This document shows positions 18,992 through 27,460 of a DNA stretch of 50,091 nucleotides, piece by piece (position 1 is the first letter of the stretch; every line of letters starts with the position of its first letter). The stretch lies in contig JASFVE010000002.1 of NCBI GenBank assembly GCA_050049995.1, forward strand, positions 1 to 50,091, written 5' to 3'. Position numbers and translations under genes: made by a program. The notes beneath the pieces are model-generated. The model was not told where the DNA came from. It worked only from the letters and a program-made list of their open reading frames with translations, and searched no databases. Source of the DNA: Chlamydiota bacterium. GTDB taxonomy: Bacteria > Chlamydiota > Chlamydiia > Chlamydiales > SM23-39.

Positions 18992-19157
18992 CGAAAATAA
19001 AGCTACTTTATAATATAATTTTAAATTTTTAAAAAAACGTTTAGTTTTATTGGATAAATTAATATTAATTAATTTAATCAATTAAATTTAATTGTAGATT
19101 AATTATAATTAAATTATAAAATCTTAAATTAAATTAATTAATATTATTGGGGGAGAA

Positions 19158-19526
19158 ATGTCAGTTCCGGCAACAAGTGGAAATATAGTAAGTGAAGATG
19201 CACAAGTAGTGTTTAAAGTTAGGGATCAACTTAAAGTTTTACAGTTCGAAGAGGCCTTTCAGTATATACAAGGATTGTCTGATTGCCTTGATAATATAGC
19301 AATCAAGGATGTTGTAGCGAGCCGTTCTATTGTTATACTTGGTTCTGTTGTCACGCAATCTAATCCTCTTATGATGGCTACTACATTTCGGAATGAACAC
19401 AAGATGTGGGCAGCTACTGGGCCATTTACTAGTGAGCAGTTTCTGAAAATGATGCAATATGAAAGAGGAATTTCAAGCGATGCATGGGGTAATTTTCTAG
19501 AAGCAGTAGCTAAAAATGAGAACTAA
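19158..19526 (+). CDS. hypothetical protein, paralog of 18083..18451
   Basis: 122 aa. GGGGGAGAA-ATG is Shine-Dalgarno-like. See the paralog motif described for 18083..18451. Confidence 0.6.
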   Translation: MSVPATSGNIVSEDAQVVFKVRDQLKVLQFEEAFQYIQGLSDCLDNIAIKDVVASRSIVILGSVVTQSNPLMMATTFRNEHKMWAATGPFTSEQFLKMMQYERGISSDAWGNFLEAVAKNEN

Positions 19527-19574
19527 TGTGCTGGAAGGTTTTCCAGCCTTTATTATTCAAAGTGAATGAATCAC

Positions 19575-19597
19575 CCCGAACTTTTGTTCAAGGTTTT
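19575..19597 (+). repeat. recurrent intergenic motif copy B (diverged)
   Basis: cccgaacttttgttcaaggtttt. Confidence 0.45.
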
Positions 19598-19690
19598 CTG
19601 TGTGCTAGATTAAGAGGGTAGACCGCTCTCTGGAAATTAAAAAAATATTTTCTTTTTACTTGATCTATATTTTCTACCTTTTTAGCTTAA

Positions 19691-20125
19691 TTGTTTTTCA
19701 ATTTTCTAAAGAGGATATCAGTGTCGAGTCTTATTAATTTGTCAGATGCTACTATACAAGCCCTAGAGGTTGGAGCTGCTGCTTTCATAGTTGGTTCTGA
19801 CCTTGTAGCTGCTACAATTGTTGGTGGCACATTTGCTTTAGTCTCTCAAGTAACTAAGCCTTATTTTAGAGAATCAGGTACTCTATCTTTCATTTTGAAC
19901 ATGGTAATGACTTCAGCTTTGATAAATCTGTCTTCCAAGCACTTTGTTATACTTAATAAAGCAGCTTGTGCAACTTTTTTGCCAGCCTCAACAGTTATAA
20001 AAATCATAGCTGTCGTGGCAATTTTTGAAGTTATAGCTGTCGTAGGGTTAGCACTAGGGTTAATGGTAATAATATATCAAGCATTTAAAGCCATGTGCAT
20101 TGAAGATAGACCTTTTGCTCGATAA
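19691..20125 (+). CDS. small hydrophobic membrane protein (Inc-like candidate)
   Basis: The ORF is open from a TTG at 19691. A GTG at 19721 preceded by AGAGGA is an alternative start. The product has long hydrophobic lobes (AAAFIVGSDLVAATIVGGTFALV; IIAVVAIFEVIAVVGLALGLMVII). Confidence 0.45.
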   Translation: MFFNFLKRISVSSLINLSDATIQALEVGAAAFIVGSDLVAATIVGGTFALVSQVTKPYFRESGTLSFILNMVMTSALINLSSKHFVILNKAACATFLPASTVIKIIAVVAIFEVIAVVGLALGLMVIIYQAFKAMCIEDRPFAR

Positions 20126-20134
20126 AGCAAATAT

Positions 20135-20482
20135 TTAAAAGTCTTCTTGAGTTGACTCAGAGATAGATAGTTCTTCTCCTTTTTTAATGTCTCGCAGAGC
20201 AATGTTTGCTTCTTTTTCAAAATCTGGGACTACATTAGGATTGCTTGAGCGATTTACATGTCTTTCAGGATCAGGGTAAAAGTATATGCTCCCATTTCTT
20301 GTATGACAGAAATTCTCTTGTTCATACCTGGGAAGTTCTCTATATTCTTTAGGGGATAAAATAGATAGATTCCACTTTATGACTACATCTCCTTGCTTGA
20401 AGTCTTTTTTTGCAAAGACACCAAGCCCATCTTGAAATTGACCAATTCCTGATCTTTTTATTTCAACATCTTTCGAATTCAT
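20135..20482 (-). CDS. minimal SET-domain protein (putative protein lysine methyltransferase, possibly degenerate)
   Basis: 115 aa. GLGVFAKKDFKQGDVV is the SET N-region. VNRSSNPNV sits in place of NHSCxPN. GEELSIS sits in place of ELxxDY. Confidence 0.6.
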   Translation of the reverse strand: MNSKDVEIKRSGIGQFQDGLGVFAKKDFKQGDVVIKWNLSILSPKEYRELPRYEQENFCHTRNGSIYFYPDPERHVNRSSNPNVVPDFEKEANIALRDIKKGEELSISESTQEDF

Positions 20483-20772
20483 AGGTACTCCTTCATCTAT
20501 TAGTTTAGAGCTGAGAAGTATACAAAAGTATAAGAAAAGTGTTCAAAATTTTTTATTGAGCTCTTACTTTTTCAGGGATGAAGAAAAAATGAGTACTTCA
20601 GCTTAAGCTATTGGCAATATTTAAGCGTTATAACAAATGTAATGATGCTTGAAATGAACTTCATTAATCATAAGAAAATGTCACTCAGATATCCTTAAAA
20701 AAAACTAATTTGAATTTTAAATCATGTAATACGTAATATATTCAGATTTTTTATTAATTATAATAAGTTATC

Positions 20773-23610
20773 ATGAATAAAGTGATATTTTTATTTCTTG
20801 CAGTTTTTGCATCCGGCTATTGTCTTTCAATCGAAGAAGAGTCGCATAGGGATAGACTTTTAAAAACTCTGCAGCTTATGCAAGAAAGATTCCTGTTTTC
20901 CACTTATGAAAAAGAAAGTATAGAGAATAATAAAATTATTTTTCAGGAAGTGGATGAAATTATTGAGCTAGTGCTTAAAACATATCCTGAAGACGTATCA
21001 TTAAGAGTTCCTTGTATTCGCTTATTGTACATTCAAGGTAACCACTATAATTATAGAGATCAACCTGTATTGGCTCAGAAGAAATTGCTTATAGCAAAAG
21101 AACTTTGTGAAAAAGAACTCTCTTTATTTTGCGAATCAGCAGAAGAAATCTGTGAATCCCTGGTTAATATTGATGGCCATCTGCCTTCTTTTTATGCGAT
21201 GGTTTTGCGCCTTCTTGGAAAAGCTTATATTACACCTTTCGACTCTCACAACCAACTGTTAAAAGATGAAGGGGAAGCCTTATTAAGAAAGGCTATAAAA
21301 ATTCGAGAGTACATCGACAGTCAATTAGAAAGGGGGTGTTATCAGGATTCACTTGATAATGCTATTGTCGGTAATACTCATATCTTCAAAAGGGATCTAG
21401 CTTCTTATGTCATTCTCGAAAAAGGAACACTGGATCAGGCTGAAAATGTTTTTTTAGAGATACTAAAGATCGATGACCCTATCAATCAACAAATATGTCT
21501 GAGAAGACTTTTAGGTATTTATCAAAAAAAAGGACAGGAAGCAGCGACTCTTATAGAACGACAACACCAATATAAAAATGCTATTGAGATAGCTGATAAA
21601 GTAATTCGATATGTAGAAACAAATCCTGAAGTTTTTCGCATCTCGTTTATGTTAGCCCAAGTTGGGCAACTTTACTTTGACCCTCAAAATCCTTTTCGCG
21701 ATTTAGAGCTTAGTCGCAAATTCTTTGAGCAGGCTAAAAAAACATGTTTTGATGAATTAAAGTCGATTTCCATTTTGTTACATCAAGGACTGTCCAAGGT
21801 TTACCAGGAAATTGCCAAGCAAGAAGAGTGGGAATATTCTGAAATATCTAGCACAACATATTTACGAGAGCTATCTCGGCCGTCTGAGCGGCAAGCTATT
21901 GCTTATGAGCAACTGGGAGATCTTTATTTTGATCAGAAAAAATATATTGTTGCCACCACACTTTATAGCAATAGTTTAAGCATTCTCCGTAAGTTTCCTG
22001 TTTTGCTTGATAGTCCATTATGGGTACGTCTCATGCAAAAAATGGAAAAAATAGAGCGAACAGTTTTTCCAGCTAAAAACGAGGACCTTTTATCCTATAC
22101 TCAACATCTGTCTACATATCGAAAGCGGCTGGAGAAAATGCGTCAAAAAGCAAAGGGTATGATTGGTGATAAACCAGTAAAAGAGGTCTTTGAGTATATC
22201 ACGTTGGAGTACAAAGAATTGATACAACTAATATTAAAAGATCTTGGAGCAAACGACTCTTTTCCATCTTTTACGCTCATCTGTGGAGGTTCTATGAGTT
22301 GGAATGTCGCAACCCCTTATTCCGATGTTGAGCTCGCCTTTTTAATTGATTCAGAAAAGTCCGAAATAGAAAAAACAATGGTTAAGAAGTTAGCAACGTT
22401 GTTGACACTTAGACTCAATGCGATTGGTGAGGCTCCAGCAGGTGATTTAAAATTAGATTCTCTTTCTTGGTTAGGCTCTGGTGAAAGTCCTTCTCCTAGG
22501 GGGATCATGCTCGATCCATTTCAGTTAGCTACCCCTCAAAAGTATTTCATTGGAACACCTGAAGAGTTTGCTTTACTTCAAAAAAAACTTGTGTCTGTTC
22601 AAAAAAATGATTCTAATACTATGACCCAATTTGGTAGTTCATTTATCCATGCTTCCTATGTGTTTGGTGATCCAAAGCTCCTTTTACGCTATAAAAATCA
22701 ATTACAAAAAACCTTTAGTTCTCAGGAAAGAAAGGAAATTTCTAATGACAGGCTTAAAAAAGATCTAACTCGTTGGGAGATAAAACGTCAACAGGATGCC
22801 AACGGAGAAAGATGTAGCGTAAAGCATGATCTTTACAGAGTACTTGATATCATTCTTTATGACTTGGCGTTTCGATTTTCAATGCATGAGGTAAAAGACC
22901 CGTGGGAGATTTTTGAAATGCTAGAGGCTTGTGGCATTATAGACCATAAAATGGCAACCAATGGACTGAAGACTCTCGATCTGATTGGTGAATTGAGAAT
23001 CAAAACCTATCTTTTAGCTCAATGTCAAAGAGAATGGGTTGACCCTAAAATGGCAAAAGTTGCAACGATCCGAGATTTTTTAAGATCTTGGTATGAACAT
23101 GTTAAAGCTCTTTTCCCAGAGGTGAATGTAGAGGGCGAACCTTCTTCAAACAATGTTGAGTCCTTATTGCAAAAACTTACTTCTAATAAAGCATTTTATG
23201 GTTCCAGACATCCTGTTGTATCTCAAAGCCATGCCCAACTTGGTTTGGCTTTAATCAAGATTAAACATTTTCATGAAGCTGCTCACGAGTTTGAAGAGGC
23301 TATAAAGATCGATAGTTTTATGTATGGTACTCATCATGCCAGAATAGATGCCTATTCTAGGCAACTTGAGCTTTGCCGAGAAAAAATCAACTCGCAAAAT
23401 ATACTTTCCGTTACACCATGTCACAGTCATTGCAAGGAGTTAGAGTTTATAATTTCCCATCCTTCTTTCAAAGCTTTTGATTTAAAGCTGCAAGCTCTAT
23501 CAGCTTTGAAGCAAGGTGATTTATCTAAAGCTAATGTCTTTTTTGATTTATCGAAAATTGTCTTTGATAGCTATCACAAAAATCGCTTACCATTTTTATT
23601 AATGGAGTAA
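20773..23610 (+). CDS. secreted TPR-like repeat protein with central Pol-beta-type nucleotidyltransferase (GlnD/DUF294-like) domain
   Basis: 945 aa with a signal peptide (MNKVIFLFLAVFASGYC). CGGSMSWNVATPYSDVELAFLID at about nt 22280-22345 fits hG[GS]x9-13Dh[DE]h. TPR-like helices flank it (YEQLGDLYFDQKKYIVATTLYSNSL; HAQLGLALIKIKHFHEAAHEFEEAIKID). Confidence 0.55.
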   Translation: MNKVIFLFLAVFASGYCLSIEEESHRDRLLKTLQLMQERFLFSTYEKESIENNKIIFQEVDEIIELVLKTYPEDVSLRVPCIRLLYIQGNHYNYRDQPVLAQKKLLIAKELCEKELSLFCESAEEICESLVNIDGHLPSFYAMVLRLLGKAYITPFDSHNQLLKDEGEALLRKAIKIREYIDSQLERGCYQDSLDNAIVGNTHIFKRDLASYVILEKGTLDQAENVFLEILKIDDPINQQICLRRLLGIYQKKGQEAATLIERQHQYKNAIEIADKVIRYVETNPEVFRISFMLAQVGQLYFDPQNPFRDLELSRKFFEQAKKTCFDELKSISILLHQGLSKVYQEIAKQEEWEYSEISSTTYLRELSRPSERQAIAYEQLGDLYFDQKKYIVATTLYSNSLSILRKFPVLLDSPLWVRLMQKMEKIERTVFPAKNEDLLSYTQHLSTYRKRLEKMRQKAKGMIGDKPVKEVFEYITLEYKELIQLILKDLGANDSFPSFTLICGGSMSWNVATPYSDVELAFLIDSEKSEIEKTMVKKLATLLTLRLNAIGEAPAGDLKLDSLSWLGSGESPSPRGIMLDPFQLATPQKYFIGTPEEFALLQKKLVSVQKNDSNTMTQFGSSFIHASYVFGDPKLLLRYKNQLQKTFSSQERKEISNDRLKKDLTRWEIKRQQDANGERCSVKHDLYRVLDIILYDLAFRFSMHEVKDPWEIFEMLEACGIIDHKMATNGLKTLDLIGELRIKTYLLAQCQREWVDPKMAKVATIRDFLRSWYEHVKALFPEVNVEGEPSSNNVESLLQKLTSNKAFYGSRHPVVSQSHAQLGLALIKIKHFHEAAHEFEEAIKIDSFMYGTHHARIDAYSRQLELCREKINSQNILSVTPCHSHCKELEFIISHPSFKAFDLKLQALSALKQGDLSKANVFFDLSKIVFDSYHKNRLPFLLME

Positions 23611-24038
23611 ATTTAATTATAGATTGGGCGCTACAGTATTCCCTACGTTTACCCCCCTAAAGTCCAAGTTAATTCTTAAATATTTAAAAAGAATTGTCTG
23701 AGGAGTGGGTCATTTAATTAATAATTACATAGATTCCACCGATCTGAAAATTGAGAGACAATTAAACAACTTATCAAGCAAAACTATTTCATAATAAATT
23801 AGATCAGTTATGTGAGTATCTTTTATTCATTTTAATTGTCCTTTATAGTTGCCTTATTAATGTATTCGTGAAGTCAACAAAGATGGAGGATTATGTTGCA
23901 AACAATAAAAGACTATACAAAATTCTGCCTCTTTAATAAATGGAGAGATATAGAATTCAAAAGAGCCATGATCAGTTCTTGTGAACCAAGACCGATGGAA
24001 TTAATAAAAAGAGAAACTAAATCTTTTATTCAATTAAT

Positions 24039-24359
24039 ATGAAGTCTTTTATCGTGCTTTACTCACACAAAAACAAAAGATGTCTGACTGAAGAGATGCT
24101 TCAAGGTCATATTTTATTTCTAAAGAAACTAAAAGCTAGAAATATGTTAGTTATTTGCGGGCCTTTTATCGACAATGAAAGAGCCATAATAATTCTAAGA
24201 AGTTCAAGCAAAACGGAAGTTGATAAACTAGTAAATGAAGAGCCTTTTGTAAAAGGGAAATATTACGAGCGTTATGAAATCGTTGAATTTATCGAAGCAA
24301 ATCAAGAAAACGACTGGCTCATGTCCCATTCCCAAATAAAAAATAATAATCTTCATTAA
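24039..24359 (+). CDS. YciI-like protein
   Basis: 106 aa. HILFLKKLKARNMLVICGPF...EVDKLVNEEPFVKGKYYERYEIVEF matches the YciI-family pattern. Confidence 0.55.
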   Translation: MKSFIVLYSHKNKRCLTEEMLQGHILFLKKLKARNMLVICGPFIDNERAIIILRSSSKTEVDKLVNEEPFVKGKYYERYEIVEFIEANQENDWLMSHSQIKNNNLH

Positions 24360-24421
24360 GACACAGCCCAAACTTTTCATAAAACTACTTAAGGTTGATT
24401 AAAAGATAGTAGTTGGATGAA

Positions 24422-24448
24422 TTCAGAACTTTTACATGGGGAAAATTT
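24422..24448 (+). repeat. recurrent intergenic motif copy D
   Basis: ttcagaacttttacatggggaaaattt, 61 nt upstream of ATG 24509. Confidence 0.7.
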
Positions 24449-24508
24449 AAAAAAGTAATATATGATTATAATTCAATCTTAATGAGTTAGAACCTATTCT
24501 AGGAAAAT

Positions 24509-25084
24509 ATGGAAATACAATCAGCTTTAAATAATGTGCAAACCTTTGATGAATTGCTTCCAATTGCAGGAAGAAGTACTCCTCATATTTCATTTTTTGG
24601 CTCAAGGTATGTGACTGTAAGGGGATATGAAGGCTTTCTAAAAATAGATGCTCTTATTGAAAAAGTAGAAGAGATCATTGCAAGAAAGCCTCTTTGGAGT
24701 GAAGAAACCAGATCAGCTGGAAAACGTGTATTACTAGAAAAGAGCAGGCTATATTCACAATACTATGAGAAGAAAAAGAACTGCAACTGGATCACTTGGA
24801 TATTTTTACTAGCTAGAACAGGTTTTATTTGGGAAAAGGGAAGAACTAGGAGGACATATTTTAATGTAAAAATTGTTCCTTTGTTCGATGTAACAAGAAT
24901 TGAATATGTTGGTGATACTGAATATGATCTGGAAAGAGGATTTAGATATATTGATGTTCTAGAATATATTGACTATCATAATGACAATTGGATGCCGGAT
25001 CCAGCGCACGTTCGAATTAGTAGTACCCCAATATCTTTCTTAGAAAGCGGCATAACTGTTCCATGCACTTGGGAGTACTATTAA
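24509..25084 (+). CDS. hypothetical protein, family A (paralog of 25361..25996 and of both halves of 33684..34655)
   Basis: 191 aa. The N-terminal module is MEIQSALNNVQTFDELLPIAGRSTPHISFFGSRYVTVRGYEGFLKIDALIEKVEEIIARKP. Confidence 0.65.
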   Translation: MEIQSALNNVQTFDELLPIAGRSTPHISFFGSRYVTVRGYEGFLKIDALIEKVEEIIARKPLWSEETRSAGKRVLLEKSRLYSQYYEKKKNCNWITWIFLLARTGFIWEKGRTRRTYFNVKIVPLFDVTRIEYVGDTEYDLERGFRYIDVLEYIDYHNDNWMPDPAHVRISSTPISFLESGITVPCTWEYY

Positions 25085-25273
25085 TAGGTTTCAGATAATT
25101 TGATTTTTAAGAAATTCTTCCTCTATTAAATTAGAAAAGAGAGATAATCAGTCATTGTTATTTGACGAGAAAATTCTGTCAATTATTCCAAATGCCACTT
25201 TTTGAGATTTCCTTCTTGTTTGTATATTTGATAGGCTTTTATGAAGGTTTATTAATAGAGATGGAAAGGTTAG

Positions 25274-25300
25274 TTAAGAACTTTTACATGGGGAAAATTT
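25274..25300 (+). repeat. recurrent intergenic motif copy E
   Basis: ttaagaacttttacatggggaaaattt, 61 nt upstream of ATG 25361. Confidence 0.7.
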
Positions 25301-25360
25301 AAAAAAGTAATATATGATTATAATTCAATCTTAATGAGTTAGAACCTATTCTAGGAAAAT

Positions 25361-25996
25361 ATGGAAATACAGTCAGTTTTAAGTAATGTGCAAACCTTTG
25401 ATGAATTGCTTCCAATTGCAGAAAGAAGTACTCCTCATATTTCATTTTTGGGGAAGAGATATATCAGGGTTGAAGGCTTTGAAGGTTGTTTAAAAATACA
25501 ATCCCTCGTTGAAAAAGTAGAAGAAATCATTGCTAGAAGGCCCCCTTGGAATGAGAGGACTAGACATTCAGGTAAACTAGTAGCAAGGGAAATTGAAAGG
25601 ATTGATGCGCAGTATAACAACCTAAAGATGAACAGTAACTGGTTTTCATGGATATTACTTTTTATTAGATTCGGATTTTTTTTAGGAGAAGGTAGAGAAG
25701 TAAATTATTTTTTAGAAGAGATTAAACATTTATTCGATGTGACGACTCTTCAATTTGTTGATGATGTTCAATATGATGCAGAAAGAGGTTTTAAGTATTT
25801 ATTAGTTTGTGAAAGAATTGAACACTTCATACCAGGTTGGAGGATGCCAGATCCAGCTCGTGTTAGAGTGTCTGATCGTCGTGTAGCTGAGATTCGATGT
25901 GGCAAGCCTTTTCCAATTGATTTGATTTTTTTAGATACGTTGTCTGCTGCAAAAAGATTGCTCTTACGAAAAATAGAATTTTTTAATTGTAGTTAA
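25361..25996 (+). CDS. hypothetical protein, family A paralog
   Basis: 211 aa. The 84-nt leader is identical to that of 24509, and the first ~88 coding nt are near-identical. The remainder has diverged. Confidence 0.65.
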   Translation: MEIQSVLSNVQTFDELLPIAERSTPHISFLGKRYIRVEGFEGCLKIQSLVEKVEEIIARRPPWNERTRHSGKLVAREIERIDAQYNNLKMNSNWFSWILLFIRFGFFLGEGREVNYFLEEIKHLFDVTTLQFVDDVQYDAERGFKYLLVCERIEHFIPGWRMPDPARVRVSDRRVAEIRCGKPFPIDLIFLDTLSAAKRLLLRKIEFFNCS

Positions 25997-26094
25997 AAAA
26001 TACATTTAAAATGTAGAAAACTATTCGTTTTCTTGTTTAATTTTATTAATTAGACTATAATTGTTCCATAATTAATTTTTTTAATAATAAAATT

Positions 26095-26577
26095 ATGGGA
26101 CCTTTATATTTAACTAAACCTCTAATGTATTGGGCTGCTTCAATAGGATTGTCTACAACAGTTGGAAACTTTATTGAGACCTCTTCAGAATCTACAATTA
26201 GTCAAATAGCTGGAAAAATCTTTCAACAACCTGCTTCTGTAGTTTTTTTAATGGCCTCAGCATCATCTCTTGATCTTGGGGATGTGGGTGCTGGTGTTGC
26301 TCTCATAACACCTCTCCTGACATATGGGATGCAAAAAATAGCTAATCTTAGTCACCTTCCAAAACTTGAAAAATTTTTTAGTGTTTTGGATCGAGTTTTG
26401 ACGATAGCAGGAAAGGTTATGAGCTGTGCTATAATAATTTTTGGATATTACACTTCAACGTCTATAGCAAGCCCATTAAGCTTTCTTTTCTTAGGTCTTT
26501 TTGCATTAAATGCTGTTTTATACACAAAGCAACTTACTCCTTATTTTTACTCTTCTAAAGACCAAGTCAACTCTTAA
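26095..26577 (+). CDS. small hydrophobic membrane protein (Inc-like candidate)
   Basis: 160-aa ORF with paired hydrophobic lobes. Confidence 0.5.
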   Translation: MGPLYLTKPLMYWAASIGLSTTVGNFIETSSESTISQIAGKIFQQPASVVFLMASASSLDLGDVGAGVALITPLLTYGMQKIANLSHLPKLEKFFSVLDRVLTIAGKVMSCAIIIFGYYTSTSIASPLSFLFLGLFALNAVLYTKQLTPYFYSSKDQVNS

Positions 26578-26581
26578 AATA

Positions 26582-26606
26582 TCAGAACTTTTGATTGGGG
26601 TAATTT
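26582..26606 (+). repeat. recurrent intergenic motif copy F
   Basis: tcagaacttttgattggggtaattt, starting 5 nt after the stop of 26095..26577. Confidence 0.7.
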
Positions 26607-26654
26607 AGAAATTTTTCTATGATCAGGAACTTAAATATCAATTTCAGGAGAAAT

Positions 26655-27224
26655 ATGAGTGAATCAAGTGAGAAGAAGCTATTCGCCGTATATTTAGGTG
26701 GGCGGGCAGATAGATGCAATATCGAATTACATGATGTGGTTTTTGTAGCTGGCTCATCAATTGAGGAAACTTATCCATTATTGGCTAAGAAATGGTTTGG
26801 CAATTTAAAGGGATTCCATATTGATTCCTATGTTGAGTTGCAAAATATTGACGGTTATAAAATTGAACTTAGTCAATCTCCTCCTAAAGATCATTCTTTA
26901 AAAAAGCTATATTTTATTAATCTGGGTGCTTATAAACCTGGAGAATTCACTGAATATCATCAAAGTACATTTTATGTGGCAGATTCTGCACCAGATGCTA
27001 TAAGAAGAGCTAAATCTGAATTGTGTCAAGGACTTCAAACAGTTCATAAGGATGACGTAGTAACACTTGATAAGGTTAGCGATCCTGTTGATTTTGATGT
27101 TGATGATGTGTTGGAACTTCGGGAAGTTGATTCCTATTATATTTCTTTAACCCCTACATCATCTATTGAACAAATGATACCCATTTCGGCTTACATTAAA
27201 CTAGATTTACTTGTAACAAAGTAG
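26655..27224 (+). CDS. DUF1543-like protein (two repeats)
   Basis: AGGAG lies 4 nt before ATG 26655. KKLFAVYLGGRADRCNIELHDVVFVAGSSIEETYPLLAKKWFG is followed by a second copy, KKLYFINLGAYKPGEFTEYHQSTFYVADSAPDAIRRAK. The ORF is open from 26619. Confidence 0.5.
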   Translation: MSESSEKKLFAVYLGGRADRCNIELHDVVFVAGSSIEETYPLLAKKWFGNLKGFHIDSYVELQNIDGYKIELSQSPPKDHSLKKLYFINLGAYKPGEFTEYHQSTFYVADSAPDAIRRAKSELCQGLQTVHKDDVVTLDKVSDPVDFDVDDVLELREVDSYYISLTPTSSIEQMIPISAYIKLDLLVTK

Positions 27225-27240
27225 AAATGGGCTCCCTTTA

Positions 27241-27263
27241 CCCGAACTTTTTAGTTGGTGAGC
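27241..27263 (+). repeat. recurrent intergenic motif copy G (diverged)
   Basis: cccgaactttttagttggtgagc. Confidence 0.4.
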
Positions 27264-27322
27264 AATAGATAATTCAACCTTCTTTCTTATCTTTTAATCA
27301 CCATAGATTGGAGGTGAAAAAT

Positions 27323-27356
27323 GCGTTCAAAACTTTTAATCAATGGAGAGATTTTT
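27323..27356 (+). repeat. recurrent intergenic motif copy H (extended form)
   Basis: gcgttcaaaacttttaatcaatggagagattttt, preceded by ggaggtgaaaaat. Confidence 0.55.
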
Positions 27357-27460
27357 CTATTTTTAAAAGATAAAAAATTTTTTATCAATCAAACATTTGT
27401 TAATTTATAATATTACAAACTGATGTATAATCTGATTTCTATTTATAAGGTTTTATAAAA

